A stretch of 62,203 bases of DNA, filler included, from Sanchytrium tribonematis (lineage: Eukaryota): NCBI GenBank assembly GCA_018985235.1. It is 9 parts of 9 records of this genome, joined end to end, with 100 filler letters (N's around TTAATTAATTAA, not from the genome) between each part and the next. Parts side by side here need not be neighbours in the genome. Positions count along the whole stretch, not along the records: positions 53,037 to 57,573 come from JADGIG010000708.1; positions 57,674 to 62,203 come from JADGIG010000709.1; 7 more parts are not named here. The stretch is one strand, 5' to 3'. The position numbers and the translations under genes are program-made. Positions 54,422 to 62,203 of the stretch are shown here, piece after piece. A model generated the notes under the pieces. It had not been told where the DNA came from, made no database searches, and was given only the letters and a program-made list of their open reading frames with translations. Position 1 is the stretch's first letter. Each line of letters starts with the position of its first letter.

Positions 54422-55183
54422 ATGATCTTCTTATTTGTCATTTTATGCATTGCACACTCTGCTAATTCATATAAAGCAATGGGAAAGCAAATAAAAGCAT
54501 TTCATAATGCCATGATAGCAGCAAAATGTCCCTCTGACAAATCACAATTAACTGACAATATCCCTATTACATGCAAAGATTGGCTTACAACTGCATTAAA
54601 TCAAGCCAAAATTGTCAATCCAGACTCATGCGACAATCCTTCACTAAACAAGAGGGACGAAACATGCAATTGTGACTCAAATCAAGAATGTAAGCCACAA
54701 TCTAGAGTCAATAGATTATTAAATTGTGCCAAATCAACTCTCTCTTCGATCAACTCACCCGAATCCAAGGCATCTAGACGCGCATTATACTCTCGAATCC
54801 AATCTGCAATTGCAACTCCATTTCGCGTGTTAGGCTTTAGATTTTCAATTTTATATCAGCAATGGATGAGCGTAACATTATTTAGATTTCTAACTGCTTG
54901 GATTGCATTTCTAATCATCATTTGTTTCCCAGTGATTCCATTTTACGCCATTGGCTCGGTTCTCAACATTGCTGCGTATTTGATAGTGGTGCCCGTAAAT
55001 GTTGTAGGATTTGTATTGAGTGGAGACTTTATGATTGAGTGGAATGAATTAAATAACATATTATGGGGAGATAAGGAAGATTGTTTTGATATTGCACAAT
55101 ATTCATTCAATCCATTTATTGCCATTACGGATTACGCGTTGAACAAGTTTTTTAATTCTGACCTTGCAGATATGATTAAATAA
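54422..55183 (+). CDS. Putative secreted/membrane preproprotein
   Basis: Signal-like start, Cys-rich part with an LNKR dibasic site, hydrophobic C-terminal region. Confidence 0.65.
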   Translation: MIFLFVILCIAHSANSYKAMGKQIKAFHNAMIAAKCPSDKSQLTDNIPITCKDWLTTALNQAKIVNPDSCDNPSLNKRDETCNCDSNQECKPQSRVNRLLNCAKSTLSSINSPESKASRRALYSRIQSAIATPFRVLGFRFSILYQQWMSVTLFRFLTAWIAFLIIICFPVIPFYAIGSVLNIAAYLIVVPVNVVGFVLSGDFMIEWNELNNILWGDKEDCFDIAQYSFNPFIAITDYALNKFFNSDLADMIK

Positions 55184-55306
55184 ATTACATTAGGATATAC
55201 GTACCGCGTTGTTACTGAGTGCCATGAGAGACTAGAATTTAATAGATCTGCAAATCCAATTGGCTTCAACTCACTCAAAAAAGCATATTGCCAAAATAAA
55301 TGCATT

Positions 55307-55540
55307 CTAATTTATTTCACCATATAAACTGCATTCAGGTCGCTTGTCTATATCCATTTTTATGTTAAAATACACAATACGTGGTATTTCACAAATATCA
55401 CTGCAATTATCTATCATTCTCTGCAATTCCTCCACAATAATGCGTTCTAGTGCTTCTGTATTCACACCTGGTATCTCATTTGCATGCTCTACAGTATATA
55501 GCCATGGTGTTATTGTTGATTGAAATTCAGGAGCATGCAT
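55307..55540 (-). CDS. Small hypothetical protein
   Basis: 77-aa ATG ORF. Confidence 0.35.
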   Translation of the reverse strand: MHAPEFQSTITPWLYTVEHANEIPGVNTEALERIIVEELQRMIDNCSDICEIPRIVYFNIKMDIDKRPECSLYGEIN

Positions 55541-55613
55541 TTCGTTTTGAAAATAACCCTCTTAAAAAATCAAGCAAGATGCCAATGTGCCCTTTCATCT
55601 AAATTTAAATCAT

Positions 55614-56690
55614 TTAAATATTTACTATTTTAAATCCCATTGATTCTGTTTCAAATAAGTCTCTTCTAAATAAATTCAATTTACCTTGGGACAACAAATC
55701 TTTATATTCTTTCCCAACATTCTCAAAATATGGATGTGTTAAGCACTGATACGCGCTCCATCTCTTGGTAGGGTCGTACATCAACATCTTTTGTAATAAA
55801 TCAATAGATTGTGTATTTGCGTATTTTAATAATTTGACCAATGGCTGTGGCTGAATGATTGGGAATTTATGATCTGTGTATTGCGCATTCATGGCTAATA
55901 CATCCTGAGTGGTCGGACTACCCAATACTTTGATAATCTCCACCAATTGATCCACACCAGATTCACCTGGAAAAATGGGATGTCCCAAATACATTTCAGC
56001 AAAACAGCATCCCATGCTCCATACGTCAATTTGAGTCGTATAATATTGTGCACCAAATATTAATTCAGGTGCCCTATAGTATCTTGAGCAGATATACGCC
56101 ACATTGGGCTCAGTGGCCACCAAACATTTTGCAGATCCAAAATCGCATAATTTGATATTATTGTTATTTGGATCATATAATACATTTTGTGGTTTAATAT
56201 CTCGATGACATACCCCTAATAAGTGTAAATAACCCAATCCTCTGCACATTTGCCACAATAATACAGAATATAAATCATGAGTTTCATTGGTGACAGATTG
56301 CTTCTTTTTTTGTTTAATTAGTTTGTAAAGCGTATCAGGAATGAAATCCAATACTAAATTCAAATAATCACCCTGATAAAAATAACAACTCAAGCCCAGT
56401 ACATTTGGATGATAATGATGAGAGAGCATTTTCATAATATCTAATTCTCTATTTTTGTATCTTCGATCTTGTAGTACTTTTTTGATTGCAAATGTATGGA
56501 TATTTGGATCTACATCTGTTGTTTTGGGTATGTTTTTGATGGTGCATTGATAAACAGTTCCAAATGAACCATTTCCAATTGGAGTGATATTTTCTATTTT
56601 TAATTCGTGTTGTTGATCATTTTGAGATGGGAATGCACACGGAATGGTTAAATTAGACGGAAGACTGGTCATAGAAGCATTGGAAGACAT
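55614..56690 (-). CDS. GSK3: Glycogen synthase kinase 3 / shaggy-like kinase
   Basis: GNGSFG, AIKKVLQDRRYKNREL, HRDIKPQN, PNVAYICSRYYRAPELIFGA, FPGESGVDQLVEIIKVLG. Confidence 0.96.
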   Translation of the reverse strand: MSSNASMTSLPSNLTIPCAFPSQNDQQHELKIENITPIGNGSFGTVYQCTIKNIPKTTDVDPNIHTFAIKKVLQDRRYKNRELDIMKMLSHHYHPNVLGLSCYFYQGDYLNLVLDFIPDTLYKLIKQKKKQSVTNETHDLYSVLLWQMCRGLGYLHLLGVCHRDIKPQNVLYDPNNNNIKLCDFGSAKCLVATEPNVAYICSRYYRAPELIFGAQYYTTQIDVWSMGCCFAEMYLGHPIFPGESGVDQLVEIIKVLGSPTTQDVLAMNAQYTDHKFPIIQPQPLVKLLKYANTQSIDLLQKMLMYDPTKRWSAYQCLTHPYFENVGKEYKDLLSQGKLNLFRRDLFETESMGFKIVNI

Positions 56691-56761
56691 TTTAATGGAA
56701 TGAAACAATGTCTGAAAAAAATAAAGCCACGTATTTATTTCTAATGATTATTAAAATCTAT

Positions 56762-57573
56762 TTACTTGTCAGATTTGATAACATAAGTCTGTCCTGAATA
56801 TGCACTTGATGATTCCATACGATATTTCAATTTGTTGCGTGGTTTATTAATATTCAATCTAATCACATAAAATGCAATCATGGTATTTAATAGCAATTTC
56901 AGAAATGTAAACCAATTCAAATTCAATTTTAATGTAGTAGATTTGTTGTCATGAAATGCCAAAGTGGCAATCATCATTGTAAAATTGGATTGGACAGTTG
57001 TTTCTTGAATCATGGAACTATTTTGAGTGGATATTATATTGCTGCTTGTTGCATATCTCAAGATTCTAGTTGGAATTGGAATAGCAGATTGTTGAATGAT
57101 ATTTGTTTCGGGGAGAATCTGTGCCATGAATTGAGTTTCTGTGGTTGTTTCATCTGCAGTATTTGTAAATGTATTTGGTATTATTACAGATGTATTTGCC
57201 TGGAAAGCAATTGCTGATGATTTTAGGGATGTGATTGAATTTACAGTAGCTGTAAAAGTGGTAATAGGCGCATTTGTAGATAGTTTCAAACTTGTTAAAG
57301 ATGTCATCCAGATATTCGCAGTGGCTGCACTTGTAAAAGCATTTCCGATTGTTAAACTACTTGTCAAACTAGCTGATGCACTAGCTGATGCACTAGTTGG
57401 TGCATTACTTGCATAAGAGGTACTACTAGCCAATGGCAATATATTCGTATTTGGATGACTGCACGCATAAAGCATATTTGCATTATTGGCATTATTGGCC
57501 AATGGATTATTACTCATATCACAAACAGTCAAATAATATGTATTTAAAATGAATACATCTGTAAATTGATTAT
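56762..57573 (-). CDS. LRR/stalk/TM receptor-like protein, C-terminal part
   Basis: CDMSNNPL LRR end-cap, S/T stalk with IPTRIL, TM. Confidence 0.75.
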
Positions 57574-57673
57574 NNNNNNNNNNNNNNNNNNNNNNNNNNN
57601 NNNNNNNNNNNNNNNNNTTAATTAATTAANNNNNNNNNNNNNNNNNNNNNNNNNNNNNNNNNNNNNNNNNNNN

Positions 57674-58123
57674 CATTTAAAACAGTATCATCTAAATAGA
57701 TTTCCAAATTATCGCATCTGCAAATCATTTTCACTCCTTTATAGAATTGACTTTTCAATTCCTTCATGGCAGTCACAACAATCCTTTTCATAAAATGACT
57801 CATAATATTGTCTACCAGACCGGGACCTATTGGAAATCCTACTGAGGGCTCTTTTATACAAGCTTGCAAGGCAGTTTCTAGCTCCAAAAACCAAAGTGAT
57901 TTAGTATCTTGCGGCCAATTTCTACTCAAATCAAAGGTCATATTGCTATCAAAGCAAGCCCGTGTGTATGAAAATTTGGACATAAAGATGTAATATCCAT
58001 AGAAATACAATATTCTCGATTTTTAATTAATTCTCTTGCATTAATCAAACCAATATAGTCAAATTTATCTGAAATAAATATGATATCCTCACAATTTTCT
58101 TGATCCATATGTTTTTGTATCAT
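57674..58123 (-). pseudogene. Hypothetical gene with a frameshift near 58020, adjacent to the LINE 5' end
   Basis: Two overlapping ORFs joinable by a 1-nt change in an A run. Confidence 0.4.
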
Positions 58124-58171
58124 ATTATTGTGTAAAAAGTATTTTTTGGCTAACTTGCTGTAAAGTTAAGG

Positions 58172-61100
58172 ATGAGTGAGAGATACCAATTTATCCTTGC
58201 AGAAATCACACCATCAAGCGAATTAAATGCCTCTGAAATATTCACCAATCATTATTCTCAAGTAACACGACAAATCCCGCAAATACCGCCAGATTATCAA
58301 ACATTTACAGACTCCACCATAAATGCTATCTGTATCTACTTTAACCAAGATACGTATAAGTGCAATAGAGAGCCTGTACTATTAAATATCAGAAACACAA
58401 GATCCACAATTTACTCAGAAATTCTAAAATGTGTGCCAATTGGACGAGAAAACATCTTTTTCACATCTGTTTACAAGATTCTATTGGATAAAAAGAGAGT
58501 ACTGATAAACAAGGACACCTTTTTGTGTGAAATCACGGATTCACAAACACTGGAAATCAGATTGAAATTCACTGATGCACTGAACCAGTATTTTATTGAT
58601 TATTTAGGCAACAGGACATTCAGCACTAGTAATGATGGAATAAATTACTTTTCTGATACGCCAATAGCCTTGAATAACCTTAAAAGATCTTCTTCTCTAA
58701 TTCGTGAAAATCATAAATTCCCCTGCCAAACACTCATATCTCATCAATCTGATTATGTCGATAAATATGGGGTCATTCCGATTCATGTTCAACCAACATT
58801 GCAACTTAAATCCTTCACCCAGGATCTCCATCAATTATTTGTAAAATTAGACACCGGATCCACAATTGTTATCCAATTACCACTCCCATGCTCAATTATT
58901 GATTTATTAAACGTATTGCCATCAAATGCAACCCCCTATCATCCAAAGAACTACAAATTCATGACTCCATGCAAAGCCCTCCATGAAAAATCTATCATTG
59001 ATTTTGATATTAAAAGCATTTCTATTAGCCCAAGAACACTGGGTGGAGCACCTGCACACATCCCAGAGCACGATGATCTCTCAAACCAAGCACTCTCCAC
59101 AGACTGTACCATCCTTGATAAATTGACCAATTACAGGATTATCTCTTATAATTGTCATGGGAATCGTAATGTGTTGCATAGCGAGCTTGCTAAATTAACC
59201 CTAAGTAATCCACACATAATTCACTGCACGGAATATAGAACCAAACCCATCCATTTACAGGGATTTAAATTGATCCCATTTAATGGAGATGAAGAATGCG
59301 ACAGACAATGTGTATATGTCAAATCCGAGTTGTAAGATATCTCAAAAATATCCCCCAGATCTAAATATTGCCATTCTTTGAAGATAAATGGTGAAAATGT
59401 GGCATTTCTTTACTATCCTCCCCGTTTAAAGAATAATCCCTACTTAGTCCAATTTGAATTAGAAATAGCCATATCAAACAGATGCCTCATAATTGGGGAT
59501 AGTAATCAACTGATTCCTTCACTGCAATCTCCATTTGATAGAAATGGTAGAGATTTTGAAGCATTTATGACTGATAAATGCTATTCTGTTGTAAATACTC
59601 CCTTGGAACCAACCATGGTATACTCTACAAATGTCTTGGACCAGGTATGGGTGCCACAGAGCCATCTTGCAAGAGTATCCCAAGTGTCAGTCCTCAAAGA
59701 CTCAAAATTTGGAAGTGACCACTATCCCATTATGATTATATATAATACTTCGCAATCCTGGTTCATAATGCGTAAAATAAAGTGGAATCTGTTGCAGACT
59801 GATCCCGATAAAAGAGGACAGTTGCAAAGCCGACTGTCCCAAAAATTGTCTCCTCTTTTTCATTCCATGTCAAATATGGATGAAAATGCCATCTGGGAAG
59901 AATTTGTTCATATCTGTACTCAATCATCTGCCAAAGTACTTGGAACTATTGACCTACATAATAATCTTTGCAATTCCAATGATATTTATATCCTGAGATT
60001 GAATAAACAAAGAACAGCCAAACGGCGTCAATTAAGACGTGCTGGTATAAGAAATACACACAAAGAAAGAATTAAAGCATCTATCAAGAGAATTGATCAA
60101 AAAATCAAGAAATTTAACAAAAAAGAAAAGCAGAATTCATTTACTAATTATTTAAATAAAGCCACGGAGTCACACACAAAAGCATATATTGAGATGTGCA
60201 AGCTTCGAAATCATCTAATGCTAATAGAACCACAATATTCTGTGATCTGAATGACACACTGACCTTCCAGCAAAACCATTTTAATCAAGCAAACTCGGAA
60301 TGGCCAATTAAACCAGTTCACAATCCAGATCATATGAAATCAGTTGCAGATTCACTATTTACGTTTGATAAGGTCAAATCTACACTTCAAACTACAAATT
60401 CCACAAAGATTTCTGGGGATTCCATACCGAGTATACTTCTTAAAAATCTCCCGGAAATTGGATTTAAAATCATCCATAAACTCTTTTATAATATCTACAT
60501 CAAAAATAACATCCCTTCTCAATGGTCTCAAAGTAAAATTGTTGAAATCTTCAAATCTGGTGATTTGATCCCATCTCGATTTCGACCGATTTGCTTGATT
60601 TCCAATACCTTCAAATGTTGGCAGCAAATATTATACTACTCCCATTACAGATCCCAATTAATAGTTTCTCCACGTCAACATGGATTTACCCAAAGAAGAT
60701 CAACATCTACCCAAATTTATTCTGTTTTAAAAATTATCCAAGAATTGAATGAAGAACATCAAGAACTGCAGGCATTGGCTCTTGATTTGAGCAATGCCTT
60801 TGATCGGTTAGAACCTTCTAATATTTACAATCAACTAGAACCACATTTGGATCCTCATGACTTAAATATCATCAAATCCATAATTACCCAACAATCATTT
60901 CATTTGCGCAGAGATATTAACCAGAACAACTTCAGGTTTGGTAACGGAACACCTCAAGGGGGTGTTTTCAGTCCCATTGTCTTTTCTTTTGTTATGGATA
61001 AAATAATGGAAATTTTTCCAGACACTCCAGATTATAAAATTAGAATATATGCGGATGATTTGATATTACTTGCGCATAAAAAGCAGATACTCGTTGATAT

Positions 61101-62087
61101 TGCTCAGCGAGTTACTAATCACTTAGAATCCAATAATTTTACCGTGAATGCCACCAAATTCCAGTATATCTCAAATAATATTATCAATGACTCCATTCAA
61201 ATCAATAATTACCCACCAATTCTCAAATCACAGTCCATTAAGTACCTGGGCTGCTATTTATCCGCAGATGGAATTGACTTTGCCAGAGATATTGCATCTA
61301 AATTACTTAAAGTCAATTTGGCAGTTTCCACCATTAAATTTACCAAATCACTTCTATGTTTCCGGAAATCCTTCCAACTATTTTATAATGGTGTCTTGCT
61401 TCCACTCTATACGTATAATTGTGAGAATTACAATGAAGCTGGCATCAATCAACTAGAATTTCACAGAATTAAAACCATCAAACAACTGCATTCTAACAAA
61501 TTCAACTATTTCCAGACCATTTACAACTATATGACAATGCAAAATTACCAAAATATAAAATTAATCAGCTTAAATTATCAATTAATTGAATTAGATCTCC
61601 CAGAAATTCCAATGAATCTGGAAACCAAGAAATTGATTAAAATGGCTAATCAAATTGAAATGAATGTAAAATGGGATACAAAAAACCCAAATAACAGAGC
61701 GTCTTATTTCAAAACCGATGATTTAATCATTAAAATTGCCAAATCCAAAAATCCTAATCACATCCAAAACCTGCTGCAATCATTTTTGACTGGCAATCTA
61801 CCACGTAAACCCATTAATAATACTCGGACATACTGCACATATTGTAGAATACCAGTAAAGTCACTTAATCACCTTGAAGAGTGTGATGAAGTTTTCATAA
61901 GCAAATCAGATTTATTGAACAGATTAAAAAGTAATAATGAAGAATTAATCATTAACACATTGAAATTGATTCGTGACTCAGTACGAACAGACCGTGATTA
62001 GTGCCAGATTGAGATGCACTGGAATGCAGAAATGCAATAATTCCGCAGCAATTCTCTTAGTAAATAATCTTATTATTATTATTATTA
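58172..62087 (+). mobile_element. Non-LTR retrotransposon (LINE), one long ORF: N-terminal domain, ubiquitin-like domain, APE endonuclease, RT, C-terminal Zn knuckle; degenerate copy
   Basis: IISYNCHG, CTE, IIGDSN, LDQVW, GSDHYPI (APE); FRPICL, QHGF, LDLSNAFD, GTPQGG, YADD, KYLG (RT); CxxC..H...C; in-frame TAA at 59333, frameshift ~60210; (TTA)n tail 62070-62087. Confidence 0.95.
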
Positions 62088-62203
62088 CCAATTGTATATC
62101 AAAAGCACTTTTGATGTTTAAAAAATGGTAGGAATCAGTAAGGCTAGGAGGACTAAGATTTTCCCAATCGACCCCAAATTTAAAAGGAAGCATATGTCCA
62201 AAT

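Noticed and set aside
59333..59335. In-frame TAA in the LINE (and subtilisin) as evidence of nuclear stop-codon reassignment
   Set aside because: Conserved genes end in TAA and have no internal stops; both loci also carry frameshifts
58120..62100. Target-site duplication around the LINE
   Set aside because: Only a short ATTATT match, indistinguishable from the (TTA)n tail

Overview
This window is nine unrelated assembly contigs joined by artificial 100-nt N/TTAATTAATTAA linkers, so adjacency across linkers is meaningless. Eight contigs are nuclear DNA from a very compact, AT-rich eukaryote. It has fungal-type genes (Cyc8/Ssn6, zuotin, hevein-like proteins) and a flagellar gene (IFT172), so it is most likely an early-diverging zoosporic fungus; a sanchytrid-like parasite is my inference, not verified. 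One contig (9357-13934) is mitochondrial (nad4L, nad6, nad4, six tRNAs, UGA=Trp). The nuclear contigs hold housekeeping genes, an expanded LRR/Ser-Thr stalk/TM receptor-like family, many small secreted proteins, two dispersed 5S rRNA genes, a rearranged Ty3/Gypsy element and a degenerate LINE. Two observations stand out. (1) All five introns I can validate by reading-frame repair are exactly 19 nt, with a positionally fixed branch motif (GTWA...YTNATKTAG, A at -6). (2) The LINE polyprotein carries an internal ubiquitin-like domain ending in Gly-Gly just upstream of its APE endonuclease, a possible processing site for host deubiquitinases. Other points of interest: introns at the LRR/stalk junction, a conserved TR motif in the stalks, very short signal peptides, effector-like secreted kinase and RING proteins, and repeated purine-to-pyrimidine gradients in the mtDNA.
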